From Camelus ferus (taxonomy: Eukaryota): 64,000 bases of DNA. The stretch lies in NCBI RefSeq assembly GCF_009834535.1, contig NC_045697.1, positions 69,938,001 through 70,002,000 of the forward strand, read 5' to 3'. A model generated the notes under the pieces. That model was not told where the DNA came from, did no database searches, and saw only the letters and a program-made list of their open reading frames with translations. Positions 38,147-52,871 of this stretch are shown here, in pieces. Position numbers and translations under genes: made by a program. Position 1 is the stretch's first letter; each line of letters starts with the position of its first letter.

Positions 38147-39210
38147 AACTTCAAGACATTGAATTGGACAGTGATTTCTTGGATATGACACCAAAAACAC
38201 AGGCAACAAAATTAAAGATAAATGAAACACCATCAAACTTTAAAACTTTGTATCAGAAGAAAAAAGGCAACCTATGGAATGGGAGAAAATATTTGCAAAT
38301 CATACATTTGACAAGGGATTAATATCTAGAATATGTAAGGAATTTCTACAACTCAATGCCAAAAAAACCCCAATTTAAAAATGAGCAAAAAACTTAAGAC
38401 TTTTCTCCAATAAGATATTTAAATAGCCAGTAAGCACATGAAAAGATGTTCAGCATCACTAATCAGAGAAATGCAATCTTTTGATTGTATGATCACATTG
38501 AGCTATCACTTTACATCATCGGGATGGTCACTATCAAAACAACAGAAAATAAGTTTTGGTGAGATAGGGAGAAATTGGAACTGTTATGCATTGTTGGTGG
38601 GGATGTAAAATGGTACGTCCATTATGTAAAACAGTATAGAGGTTCCTCAAAAATTTAAAAAGAATTAACATATGATTCACTAATCCCACTTCTGGGCATA
38701 TATCTAAAAGAACTGAAAGCACGATTTCAAAGAGATAATTACACACACATGTTCATCACAGCATTAGTGAAAATAACCAAGAGGTGGAAGCCATCCAAAT
38801 GTCCATGAACAGATGAATAATAAAGAAAATGTAATATATACATACACTGGAATATTGTGCAGCCTAAAAGAGGAAAATCCTGTCCCATGCTGCAACTTAC
38901 ATGAACCTTGAGGACATTATGCCAAGCAAAGTAAGGCAGTCACAAAAGGACAATACTGTATGATTCTACCCCATGAAGTACCTAAAGCAGTCAAAATGAT
39001 AGAAAGTAGAAAGGTGGTTACCAAGGACTGGAGGGAAGGAGGAAGGGAAATTGTATTTAATGCATGTAGAGTTTCAGTGTTGCATGACGAATATGTTCTA
39101 GCTGTCTGTTCCCCAACAATGTGAATATATTTAGCACTACTGAACTGTACACCCAAAAATAATTAAGATGGTAAATTCAATGTTATGTGTTTATTATAAT
39201 AATAAAAAAA
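38147..39210 (+). mobile_element. L1MA/MB-like 3' portion
   Basis: ORF2 C-terminus (DFLDMTPKTQATK), 3' UTR and A-rich tail. Confidence 0.85.
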
Positions 39211-42200
39211 TCTGAATTGGAAAATATATGACTTGAACAGCACAGTTAACAAGCTTCATAAAAGGAGTGTTCCCTTATTTTTAATTCTCTACAAAGAGCT
39301 GTGTAAAATGATTTATTTGCGTTCAGTATGTCTCACAGATATGTCCATAAAACATTTAGTCTTGGATTCTAATATACTAAGTCAAGTTACTTGAAATTAT
39401 AAAATTCTTTGGGGTATTAAATATTTTTGAGTTATTTATTGGTAATTTTTATTTTTATAATTCATTTTACATAAACTTTCAAATATGTTGACACAAAGTA
39501 TTTTGTAATATCCATTTATTTACACTTTAATATCTCCATTATTCACTTCTATATGTCTTCTCTTGCTACTTCTTAAACTCTTCCGTTGTTTAAAGGACTA
39601 TTTTATTAGTCTTTTCAAAGAGTCAGTTTTTGCCTTGAGCCTCTTTACTGTGTTTTACTTTTAATTATTGCTGCTTTTATCTTTATTTCCCTCTTTCAAC
39701 TTGGAATTTATTCTGTTCTTTTTTTAAACCTGTTAAATTAAGTGCATAGCTCAATAATGCTAGTCTTTCTTCTTTTTCTAACTTAAGAAATGGGCTGTAA
39801 ACTTTCCTCTAAATTGCTTTAGCTACATTCCACAAGCTTTAATACATAATGTTTCATTAAATTTTAAATATTTTCTAATTTTTGTTTTCTTCTGTGGCTC
39901 AAAAGTTTTTTAGATGAGCCTCTTCAAAAAAGTTCCCAAACATATGATGTTTCCCAAAATTGTTATATTTTTAAATGATTTATAATTCAATTGCATTGTG
40001 GTCAAATCGTATGATCTGAAACAATTATCAATCCTTTGACTTTCTTGTGGATAGCCTTGAGGCTTAGTATATGGTCAATTTCATAAATGTTCCATATGAC
40101 TTGAAAATAATGTAAATTTTAAAATCTCTGGGCACACAGGTGTACATATATCCATTAAACAAAGTTTGTTAATTACTGCTGTTCAAATCTTATATACACT
40201 AATTTTTCTCTTTATGCCTGATTTATCAATTAAAATTTCCCAATTATTACAACAGATGATGTAGTTTTGTGGTATTTGCAATTTTGTCCACTTTAATTCA
40301 TGCATTTTGAAATGATGTGTAAATATAGTTTAGAATTTTATGATTAAGTCATCACCAATTTTATCTCTAACACTACTTTCTATGATTCTAGGTGGTAAGG
40401 CTTTCCTCCTGTTCCACAATTTATTTTCTACTTTAATGTATTCATTATCAGAGAAGTTGCCTAGATTACTTCTACTTTTGAAAATTACCTTCCTTTGTGA
40501 TTTAATATATAAATATTTTAATAACATTCCTTGTGCAGTAGAAAACTGCTTTCAGCCTGTAAAACTGGATATATAGAAATTATATCTGTCTTATTACAGC
40601 ATTTACATCTCCCATAGATTTATGTTTTGTCCACTCGAGCTGTCACGGGTTGGGAAACGTGAATTAAAGTCTCCTTATACTAATGCATTGCTTACTATTT
40701 CTTGCAATTCTTGAAGTTTCTTCTCAATGAATTTGAATACTATGCTACTTGGAACTATCACCTCTTCACTAAGGATTGCATTCTTGAACATTACAACATG
40801 CGTTCTTTTCCTTGTTTGATTGTAATGTGTTGAACCTTATCCAATGTTAAAATTGTGACTTCTGTATTCTTTTTCTTTTATTATTAGCCTAATAGGCCTT
40901 TTGCTATTCTTTTAAACATTGCTGAGTAGGTTTATTTAAATACAGCATACATTTAGGCTTTGAGTTTTTTAAAACTCAACCTTTCTAAGTCTCAGGATCC
41001 TCATTTATAAAATGGTAATATTATCCAAAGTATCTCATCACTTAGGGTTGAGCAGTCAACTGGTTTGAAACCAAACAGCAGCTAACTTGATAATACTTTC
41101 TCATATGGACTTTCCTTCATTTTTTGCCTCATTTTCTTTGTTCCTTACTCTTTTTGACATTGCCTGCCCCCCTAAAAGCAGTCATGTATAAGCCTTTGTT
41201 TCAGACTCTGCTTTCTGAGGAACCCAGGCTTAGATAAGATTTTAGATATTCAGACTTTCTAAATTATCAGAATGAACACATTAATGTTTAGAAATCACAG
41301 ATCCTTTAGTGAAACATTTTAAAAGGCAGAAAAAACAATGCTAGCATAAAACACAGTAACCATACAAGATCTTATTTCTCTGTCTTATCAGCAGTCTGAC
41401 TAAATGGACACAAAAACAAGCCCATATAAATGCCATCTACAAGAAACTCACTTCAGATCTAGAAACACATACAGACTGAAAGTGAGGGGATCGAAAAAGG
41501 TATTCCATGCGAATGAAAATCAAAAGAAAGTCAGATTAGCAATACTTATATAACACACAATGGACCTTAGAATAAAGACTGACACAAGAGACAAAGAAGG
41601 AAACACTACATAGTGATCGTGGGATCAATTCAAGAAGAAGATTTAACAATTTTAAAAATATATGCACTCAACATAGGAGTACCTCAATATATAAAGCAAA
41701 TATTAACAGACATAAAGGGAGTAACACCTTGATAGTAACACCAAAATAGTGGGGACCTTTACCACTCCACTTACATAAATGGACAGATCATCTAAACAAA
41801 ATCAATAAGAAAACATAGGTCTTAACTAATACAAGAGACCAAATGGACTTAATTGATATTTATAGAGCATTCCACCTGAAAGCAGCAGAATACACATTCT
41901 TTTCAAGTGCACATGAAACATTCTCCAGGATAGGTCACGTGCCAGGCCACAAAACAACTCCCAGTATATATGGGAAAACTGAAACCATATCAAGCATCTT
42001 TTCCATCCACAACACTATGAAATTAGAAATCACCTACAAGAAAAAAACTGCAAAAAAACACAAACACATGGAGGCTAAATGATATGCTACTAAACAACCA
42101 AGAGTTCACTGAAGAAATCAAAGAGGAAATCAAAAAAATACCTAGGGACAAATAAAAGTGAAAACACGATGATCCAAAATCTATGGGATACAGCAAAAGC

Positions 42201-43147
42201 AGTTCTAAGAGGGAAGTTTACAGCGATGCGAGCTTACCTCAGGAAAGAACAATCTCAAATAAACAACCTAACCTTACACCTAAAGCAGCTAGACAAAGAA
42301 CAAACAAAACCCAGAGTTAGCAGAAAGAAAGAAATCATAAATATCAAAGCAGAAATAAATAAAACAGAGATTAAAAACATTAAAAAGTCAAAAGAACTAG
42401 TTTTTAGTTTCTTTGATAAGATAAACAAAATTAACAAAACTTTAGCCAGATGCATCAAGAAAAAAAGGGAGAGGGCCCAAATTAATAAAATCAGAAATGA
42501 AAAAGAAGTTACAACCAACATCACAGAAATACAAAGGATCCTAAGAGGCTACTACAAGCAACTATATGGCAATAAAATGGAAAACCTAGAAGAAATGGAC
42601 AAATTCTTAGGAAGGCACAATCTCCCAAGACTGAACCAGGAAGGAATAGAAAATATGAACAGAACAATTACTAGTAATAAAATTGAATCAGTAGTTTAAA
42701 AACCCAAAACAAACAAAAGTCCAGGACCAGATGGCTTCACAGGTGAATTCTACCAAATATTTAGAAAAAAGTTAACACCCATCCTTCTGAAACTATTCCA
42801 AAAAATTGCAGAGGAAGGAGCATGTCTGATCTCATTCTGTAAGGTCAGCATTCACCCTGATAGCAATGCTAAACAAAGATATCACTCATACACACAAAAA
42901 AATTATAGGCCAGTATCACTAATGAACATAGATGCAAAAGTCCTTGACAAAATACTAGCAAACTGACTCCAACAATACATTAAAAGGATCATACATCATG
43001 ATCAAGTGAGATTTATCCCAGGGATGCAAGGGTTTTTCAGTATGCACAGATCAGTCAATGTGATACATCACAGTAACAAACTGAAGAATAAAAACCATAT
43101 GATTATCTCAAAAGATGAGAAAAAGCTTTTGATAAAATTAAACATCC

Positions 43148-43267
43148 CTGGGTTGGGCACTGTGGCAAGACAGAACTTCCCTTCCTATGAAGGGGTGGGT
43201 TGAGAATATATTACATTGACCCTCCTCTGCCCTGGCCTAAAAAAAAAAAAAAGGAAAAAAAAGAAAG
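43148..43267 (+). mobile_element. Unidentified short retroposed insert with poly(A) tail and TSD
   Basis: 91 nt non-L1 body plus A tail; 14-bp TSD aaaattaaacatcc (43134-43147) / aaaaatcaacatcc (43268-43281). Confidence 0.8.
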
Positions 43268-43758
43268 AAAAATCAACATCCGTTTATGATGAAAACTCTC
43301 CAGAAGGCAGGCACAGAGGGAAGATAGCTCCACATAATAAAGGCCATATATGACAAACCCACAGATAAGATCATATTCAACATTGAAAAGCTGAAAGCAT
43401 TTCCTCTAAGATCAGGAATAAGACAAGGGTGTCCACTCTCACCACTTTTATTCAACATAGTTTTGGAAGTCCTAGTCACAGCAATTGGAGAAATTTAAAA
43501 AAAAAAGAAATGAAAGGAATCCAAATAGGAAAAGAAATTAAATTGTTACTGTTTGCAGATGACATGATACCATACACAGAAAATCCTAATGATATTACCA
43601 GAATATTACTAGAGGTATCAATGAATTTGGTAAAGTTGCAGGATACAAAATTAATACACAGAAATCTGCCGCATTTCTATACACTAACAATGAACTATCA
43701 GAAAGAGAAATTAAGGAAACAATCCCATTTACATTGCATCAAAAAGAATAAAGTACCT

Positions 43759-43873
43759 GCGGGAGGGTACAGCTCAATGGTAAAGTGCATGCTTAGCATG
43801 CACAAGGTCCTGGGTTCAATCCTCAGTACTGCCATTACATAAATAAATAAATAACCTAAATCCGCCACCCCTC
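43759..43873 (+). mobile_element. tRNA-Ala-derived SINE (Vic-1-type) inside L1 ORF2
   Basis: gggagggtacagctcaatggtaaagtgcatgcttagcatgcacaaggtcctgggttcaatcc; TSD caaaaagaataaagtacct (43740-43758) / caaaaagaataaaatgcct (43874-43892). Confidence 0.9.
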
Positions 43874-45569
43874 CAAAAAGAATAAAATGCCTAGGAATAA
43901 ACCTACCAGAGGAAGCAAAAGACCTGTATTCTGAAAACTGTAAGACGCTGATGAAAGAAACTGAAGACAACACAAACAGATGGGAAAGATATACCACGTT
44001 CTTGGATTGGAAGCACGACACAAACTGCATAATTTGACATAAATCGCAGCAATATTTTTGTGGATCTGTCTCTTAGAGTAATGGAAACAAAAGCAAAAGT
44101 AAACCAATGGGACCTAATTAAACTGAAAAGCTTCTGCACAGCAAAGGAAACCATAAACAAAACAGAAGGATAACCTACAGAATGGGAGAAAACATTTGTG
44201 AACAATGCAACCAACAAGGGATTAACCTCCAAAATACACAAACAGCTCATGCAGCTCAATATCACAAAAACCAAACAACCCAATCAAAGAAATGGGCAGA
44301 AGAACTAAATAGACATTTCTCCAAAGAAGACACACAGATGTCCAACAGGCACATGAAAAGATGCTCGGTATCACTAATTATTAGAGAAATGCAAATCAAA
44401 ACTACAATGAGGTATCTCCTACACTGGTCAGAAGGGCTATCACCAAAAAGTCTACAAATAATAAATGCTAAAGAGGGTGTGGAGAAAAAGGAATCCTCCT
44501 ACACTGTTGGTGGGAATGTAAATTGCTGCTGCCACTATGGAGGACAGTACGCAGGTTCCTTAAAAAGCTAAAAATAGACTTACCACATTATCCAGCAACC
44601 CTACTCCTAGGCATATACCCAAAAAGGTGAAAACTCTAAACCAAAAGATAATGCCCCTCATTATTCACAGCAGCAGTATTATACATGCACCCATGTTCAT
44701 AGCAGTATTATTTACAATAGTAAGTCATGGAAGCAACTGATGTGTCCATCAACAGATGAGTGGATAAAGAACATACACAATGGAATATTACTCAGCCATA
44801 AAAAAGAATGAAATAATGCTATCTGCAGGATGTGGATGGACCTAGAGATTATCATACTAAGTGAAGTAAGTCAGACAAATATCATGTGGTATCATTTATA
44901 TGTGGAATCTGAAAAAATGATACAAGTATCTTATTTAGAAAACAAGAAATAGACTCACAGACATAGAACACAACTTATGGTTACCAAAGGAGAGTAGGGG
45001 GAGGCAATTGGGAGGTTGGGATTAGCAGATACAAATTACTATATATAAAATAGATAAACAACAAGGCCCTACTGTATAGCACAGGGATATATATTCAATA
45101 TCTTATGATAACCTATAATGGAAAATAATCTGAAAAAGCGCATACATATATACACACATATATATATGTAGAACTCAATCTCTTTGCTGTACATCTGAAA
45201 CATTGTAAATCAACTATACTTCAGTAAAAAATATTTTTAAAAATTAAAAAGAAATGAACAAAAGAAAATCCCATTATTTCAGCAAATGTATCTCCTTTTG
45301 ATGTGTTTAAGTTCTAACTGAATTCCCTACCTTTACTATGTTCTAATACAAGTGACTGTAATATTACTTAAGTTTTTAAATAAAGTACCTCAAATAAACC
45401 AAAACAATGTTGAGAGAATAGAACACGTTAAAATAAGAAAAAAGATTGCAATTATTTAAAAAAAAAAAAAACCCAAAATTTAAATGCCTCAGAAATGAGT
45501 CATTTCCAACTGTAATCTATTCCTTCTTGTTATCAACAGTGCAAATTCGATATGGACTTAGAGTGGACA

Positions 45570-46002
45570 TATTTGTACCTACCCAAAAGATATGTTCAAG
45601 CCCTAATATCTGGTACCCATAAATGTGACCTTATTTGAAAATAGACGTAATGAAGTTAAAATGAAGTCACACTGGATTACAGGGAACCCTAATCCAATGA
45701 TTGGTATCCTTAAAAGAAGGACTCAGATACCAGCACAAAAGACAGAGGGCAGAAGTCCATGTGATGACAAAGCAAAGACGAGTGAGGCAGCTGCAAGCTA
45801 AGGAACACCAGTGATTGCTGGCAATTACCAGAAACCAGAAGAGGCTAGGGAGGAGTCTTCCCCATAGCCTCCTGAGGGAGTATGGTTCTGCCAACATCTC
45901 AATTCTGGACTTTTAGTCTCCAAAACTTAAGAGAATAACTTTCTGTTGTTTTAAGCCACTGATTTGCAGTAATTTGTTATGGCAGCCCTAGGAAACAGAT
46001 AC
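45570..46002 (+). mobile_element. MaLR LTR (MLT1B/C-like)
   Basis: aatgtgaccttatttgaaaatag ... tttctgttgttttaagccac ... gttatggcagccctaggaaacagataca. Confidence 0.85.
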
Positions 46003-46214
46003 AGGACTTTGATAATTAGTGAAAATTAAACTACACAGTGCTTGTAATGGTTTTCCCCCACATTTCAATATTAAACTGTGCCTTAATTCCATATGGAATT
46101 TAAATAAAAGACATAATACTCCATGCTACTAACTATATTTACTCACAAAAACCTGGAACTTTGAAGAGTACAACTTAAGACGTAAGCTTTGTTCTACAAT
46201 TGTGAGGGCTTTTC

Positions 46215-46220
46215 TTTATT
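46215..46220 (-). terminator. Candidate polyadenylation signal of TRMT10A
   Basis: tttatt on + strand = AATAAA on the gene strand, about 1.4 kb past the stop; another lies at 46807-46812. Confidence 0.4.
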
Positions 46221-47578
46221 TACATACGATGCTGACAGACCTTTAAATGGATAAGTATAATAGATTACTAAGAATAAAGCAACATAAGAGATAGTGAACA
46301 TCAATATTAAATTCGATGAACTTTCTACCAAGTGTACATAATCTGAGATGCCAATGAGTAAAAAGAACAGACACTTAACTTATCCAAACTCAGTAAAGCT
46401 TCTGAAATGCTACTTGAACTGTGACAAAGAACAATCACTTTACTTTAAACATAAATGCTCTACATTTACTGAAAACTAAAACATCTTCTAGCCCCATCTT
46501 CCTTTGCCAATGTCCTCCTACAAATGTTTAGTTATGGATTTTTGCACTGTATAAAATTAAAGTTCCTTAGTGTTTTGCAACACAGTCATTCACACAAATA
46601 ATACAGATATATGGCAACTCTATCCTGTTATCAATTAGTAACTGAGAATCATACATGATGTGGAGTAATAGCTGTATATACAATTATATGCATATTTCAT
46701 ACATGCTTATATTATTTATAGACATATATTTCCATTAGCTTGAAGATCATTATATGATAGTAGGCACATATGAATTTAACTTTATCTACTTTAAGAACCA
46801 ACATATTTTATTTTTGAAAAGTATATATGGAAGGAAACGATAGGTGCTAAGAGTTGTTTCTTTTTAAATTTAGGTAATGACAAAATTGATCCTTCAACAG
46901 CCTTTTAAAATAATCTAGCCTGAAAACTTAAATTTTGTAATCAAAATAATTTATCACCATTATTGAAATTAAGAAAATATATTAAAGAGATTCTTATCTC
47001 TTCAGTAATTGCTTGAGAACCACAAAGGCATCACAAAGAAGGAACAGAGATGGGATCCATAGTTCAAAAGAAAGAGTTGAGTTTATCAATCTGATACTTC
47101 TTCCTAAATCACTATATTCCTTTGAAGTCACTAAATTGAATATAAAGCTGCAGATAGATAGTAACCTCCCATACAGAACATTATGGTAGACTTAAAGGAG
47201 ATTCAGGATATCTGCCTCCACAAATAAGTACGAAATAAATCAGAAAGACACTGCTACAAATACATAATAATAAAACTGAAAGGTCAGAAGGCACATTCTG
47301 AAGAATATAATCTGGTAAATAAAAGAGAATGAAGGTTTACTAATAAAGTAAAATTCTCAAGAAATGCTTACTTGAGGTTTAGAAAAGCCTTTTTTAAATT
47401 ACACATTTAAATCTTACGTAAAAACAAAAAAAAAATGCTTTCTTATGAGGGCTTTTTATCACTTAAAAGTTTTAAAAATTCACAAGAGAAAATGAAATTT
47501 TCTCCCATTTCAAATAGTCTATGAAGTACCTCATTTTCTCCTAATTTTTCTTTAAACTTAAAAAAAAAAAAGATGACA

Positions 47579-47847
47579 TTAGTGTGGTATAGAGTTCACT
47601 GTAGGTTCAGTGCCGTTTTCTTTATCCTGTTTTTCTTCCTCATGTGGTGAATCTAGTAAATTTGTACTATTTTCCTCCTCACTGGAATCACTGTTCAATC
47701 CATCTTCAACTTGGGCTAATTTTTTGTCATGTGAAGAACTTTCACAGGCTTTGTCTGTGGGAACAGCTCCTTTCCTTTGGGGTAAGATAGTGAAAAATGC
47801 TTCTTGCCAGTCTCTTGTTTCCAAGTATTCCAGAATAATCTCAAACA
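47579..47847 (-). CDS. TRMT10A: TRMT10A last coding exon
   Basis: [27 protein letters not shown]...TVNSIPH*. The seven exons total 1020 nt = 339 aa plus stop. Confidence 0.96.
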
Positions 47848-49032
47848 CTGCAAGAAAGACAACTCCATGTATCTTTTCATCAAGTTCATCTCAATGCTGC
47901 ATACTATATTTTAAAATACACTGCTTTTGTGTTAAGAGTGCTAGTATGCCCTAATGACTACTTCTCCTGTATTAACTGTGAGAGCCAATATGCCCCAAGG
48001 CTCTCAAGCTCTTCTAGCTTTTCCTCAATTCAGTTCTTAAGCACTTAGAGGTTTACCATTATCTGCTGTCAATTATAATAGAGCACCTATTTCATTTCCT
48101 TCCTATTCTTTATTCCTTTCACTTCTTTATCCTTTATTTGCCAATATAAAACTAGGAAAAAAAAGGGTTAGTAGTAATCCAAATTTCTTCTCTTTCCTAT
48201 ATAGTGCCACTCTGGGGAGTGTCTTGCCTTATTTATTTATTTTTAATACTGTCTCCAAGATTATCTCACTTTAATACATTGCTGAAGGGTTAGTTTGGAC
48301 TACTTTATGACAGAACAGTTAATTTCTACTATCTATCAGAAGTCTTAGAAAAAAAAGTTCATTCCTTGAGTCAATAAGTTCATTAAGTTCATTTTTATAA
48401 TTCCCTAGAGCCTGCTACAGAGAAATGTAAAAAGCCCAATTAATGGTTGTGTACTAACGAAGATCTCTACTAAAATTTGTTTAAAAAGCAAAACTCCAGG
48501 CAAAATCTTAAGTCTGAGAATGTGTATTACAATTATTACATATAGCAGTAAAAAGAAAAAAATAATCCACAACAGGAGAAAGGTTACATTATTACACATA
48601 TAGATGATGGAATATTTCATAGCCACTAACAATGACTCAATAGCGTGACAATATATACTAATAAAAGGAGAAAAACACCTGAGATTTATAACATTTTATG
48701 TAATAGAGTAAGAATTCAATTATGTAACAAATAATATTATATATGCATAGGAAAGGAAGCACATCAAAAAGTTAATACCAAGTATCTCTGGGCAGTGAAA
48801 TTACACCTTATTTCTTTTCCTTTATTTTTTACTATTTCTTTATGCTTTTCTACATTTTCAAAATTTACTGAAGTATGCATGTATTATTCAAATTATAAAT
48901 GATTACATTTTAAAATTTTGCCTCCAAAATTGTGTATTTTCCAAAGGTACATATTTTTTACTTGTCTGAAACATAAATGTAATGTTACTTTTCATAGTGT
49001 TTACTCAGGTGTATTTTCAGTTTATCCCCTTA

Positions 49033-49146
<114 letters not shown>

Positions 49147-50499
49147 CTAAAACAGAGATAGTGTAACTTGGCTAGAACATTAAATCATTTAAACTTAAAG
49201 TCTATGACAAAATAAATAACTTTTAGGAAAGACTTTAGTTCAGAGAATTTTATCTGAAGAGCTGTGTGCTGTGTGTTTAACTGCTAATTTGGAAACATTC
49301 TCAATAACTATGGTCAGAACGTTGATGGCATTTGTTTTAACCAATTTACAAATGAGGAAACCAAAGACATTATACTCCCTGTCCCACCACAAAGTTCCTA
49401 TGTGCCAGAACCAAAGGAAAAACCTGGCTCATGCCTTCTGACTCAAATAGCTTCTCATCATTCCACACTGCCTCTCTCTGTTTAAAGTACTCAAACTGAA
49501 TTCCTAAAGAAGTATCATCATTCTTCCCATGAACTTAAAAGACAAAACTATGTTTCAATTACATAACACTAAGAGGCACAAACGGGAAAGACAAATGAAA
49601 TGAAAACCTGAATTGAACATTTTTAAAATTGCCTTTAATTTTATTTTTCCCTTTCTGTCAATTAAAAGAATGCTGAATATGAATTTTCTCTCTTCTCAAA
49701 ATTAAAATCCTTAAAGCCTGGGTCTAATTAGAACTGAAAGAGCCAAAAGACAGATTTCAGAAGAAGAGCTAAATTTCTCAACCAATAGTTTGTGTATTTT
49801 AGAGACTAATGATTAATAATTGATTGAGTCAAGTGCTTTTGAAAGCAAAATTGTGTTAGTTCAGAGAAAATACAACATGAGAGAAAAAAATTTGGTTCTA
49901 TTTAAATAACAAAATAGAATTTTTCCACTAAGAAAAGAATAGTAAGGCTAACGATCATTCTGATAAAACTCCCTATGATGCTACAGACCTGCACTGTCCT
50001 AACAGGAGCCACATGTGACTACTTGAACTTATTATAATTTTTAAAAATTCAGTTTCTCAATCATACTGTGCACATTTCGTGTGCTCAACAGCTACATGGC
50101 TACCATACTGGACAGGATGACATAAACGTTTCCAACAATGCAGAGAGTTCTGCACAGTGGTGCCATATGAGAATAATGAATCACTTCTTATTATTCTGCG
50201 AACAACATTTCCTTACTTAGTAAACAAGTTGGGTAGAATTTAGCATGATGCAAAGTAGCTGGCAAAATACAAAATAATGTCTTCTTTTAGAAAGTATATT
50301 TCTGTAATTTTTCATTAGAATGAGGGAAAGGAGGTGGGAAGAGACAAAAGTACAAATTAAAGAGAATAGAACACACATTCCATGATAATCATATATTTGA
50401 AAACTGGTATAAATTTATCAGTTTGGGTGTAAACTTTGGTATAAATTAATATAAATTTTACCAGTGGCCTAGAAATTGATTAGCAGCGTATCTTCTATC

Positions 50500-50765
50500 G
50501 ATATAGCAAATCATTTAAGCACGTGGGCTCCAGAGCAATCTGCTCAGTTTCAAACATCTGCTTTACCACCTATTACTATTGATTTGAGATTTAATTTCTC
50601 TGTGACTCTAGTTCCTCATCTGTAAAATGTAGAAAATAATAGCATCAAACAGCACTGACCTCACTGGGCTGTCGTGAGGATTAAGCAAATTAATGCATGT
50701 GAAATGCCCTGCTTAGCTAGAGAGGTGCCTGGAATACAGCAGGCACTCAGTAAACATTGGCTGTC
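50500..50765 (+). mobile_element. MIR SINE
   Basis: MIR core tagttcctcatctgtaaaatg ... gtcgtgaggattaagc. Confidence 0.7.
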
Positions 50766-50784
50766 AGCAGTACTGATACTATCA

Positions 50785-51150
<366 letters not shown>

Positions 51151-52164
51151 TTAGAACCTTCAACACCTTATCACCTCACATCTCAACTATTTAAGTGGCT
51201 TCCTGATGTTGTTTATTTCCCTGTGTCTAGACTCAGATCCCTCCAATTTACTTGCACACATGGATGGTGGATTCATTTTCCGAAAACACTACTTTCACTG
51301 TTTTATCTTTACCTGTAGGATAAAATTCAAACTCCTTAACTTAGTATCTCTTTCCTGAATATAGCACTAACCTACCTTCTTAACTTTCTCTGTTCCAACA
51401 AAACAAATGCATTTTTGTCATGTATTTGCTCACATTGTTCTCCAATTCCTTTTCCATCTACATGAATCATCAAAATGAAAGGGCTTACAGATTCAATAAA
51501 TTCCCTGCATCTGCTTCCACAAAAATACACATTTAAAATCTTATTCACCAAAGCTGTCAGGTCAGAGGTACAAGACTGCACACTTGGCAATCAGAATTTT
51601 GCAAGCTACATTAATAGAATACAGGAAGATGTATCACCAGGCTCAGATGGCATTTCCCAATAATTTTTGTGGAAATTGAAAAGAAGCAGGAGATCTCATA
51701 CCTAAAATGTATATAACCTATTGATTAATAAACAGCCATTTTTTTCCTAAGAAATTATATATTATAAATTTTATCCCAATACTTAATAAAGGCCCCAAGA
51801 GGAATGTGCATAATTAGAGACCAGTGAATTTATCTCTCTCTGGATAGCTGGTGGTATTAAGAATAATAAATTTAATAAGCCACAAAATAACTAAAAGTAT
51901 GCCCACTCGAACTTACTACATTATTTGTTAGGAAAATAGGCATGAACATTAAACTTGGTAAATATACTGTACTTTAAAACTTTAAAAAGCCTTTGAAAAT
52001 GTTTTACACTATAGGCTATTAATAAATGCAGGCATTACAGGACTAGTGAGAGAGGGAAGTGAGAACTGGCCTGGAGAAAGGAAAAAAAAAATAGGAATAA
52101 CTCACTACTTCCCTGAGTAGAATAGAGTTAGGGTTCCTCAGGGATTGATAGTAAACCCAATATA

Positions 52165-52505
52165 CGTTAGTCATATTTGCAAATAACTGAGAACAGTTTA
52201 GTCAAATATATATAAAAAGAAATGTGAGCCACATATGTAATTTGAAATCTTCTAGTAGCCACATTTTAAAAAGTGGGAAAAAAGATGAAATTATTTTTAA
52301 TAATATATTGTATTCAACAATGCTATCATTTCAACTTATAATAAATGTGTTTTTTGGAGATATTTTACATTCTTTTTTTTTTGTACTAAGTCTTTGAAAT
52401 CCAATGTCTATTTCACATTTAGAGCACAACTCAACTCAGACCAGTCACATTTCAAGAGTTCAACAGCCACATGTGGACAGTGGACACCATATGGTATAGC
52501 ACAGA
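52165..52505. mobile_element. hAT-Charlie MITE (MER3/MER33-like); a related copy lies at about 49985-50165
   Basis: gagccacatatgtaatttgaaatcttctagtagccacatt ... caacagccacatgtggacagtggacacc. Confidence 0.6.
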
Positions 52506-52871
52506 TTTAGAAGAAACAGAATGCAAGTACATTTCCAAATTTTAGAGTGACTTCACTTTTATAAATAATGTATAGCCAGTTTGCTAGGTAGAGACTGCAT
52601 ATAGACCTTTAAATTTTTTCCTTTTTTAAAAAATATGTTTTAAAGTTGGCAGTAAAATAGCAAGCGAGATTTAATGAGAGTAAGTACAAACTCTACCTCA
52701 GTCTCTTAGCTTCTCCCACTGGTAACCTTAGACTTAGGCATAGTGATACACAGGGTCGGGAGCTGCTGACTCTGAATATTTATTAGCATTATGTAGAATT
52801 TAGGTTAAAAATGTAGTCCTTTAAGTACAAAACTACTGGAAAATATGTGAGACTTAAGCTATTTAAGTTAC

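Larger units (their letters stand above)
41393..45260 (+). mobile_element. 5'-truncated L1 (ORF2 plus 3' UTR), inactive, with nested insertions and an internal deletion
   Basis: ORF2 fragments MDLIDIYRAFH..., QNLWDTAKAVLRGKF..., LLFADDMI, and an A-rich tail. Confidence 0.95.

Noticed and set aside
43760..43835. tRNA-Ala gene (also near 3700, 23450 and 62980)
   Set aside because: Degenerate acceptor stems, A-rich tails and TSDs show these are SINEs.
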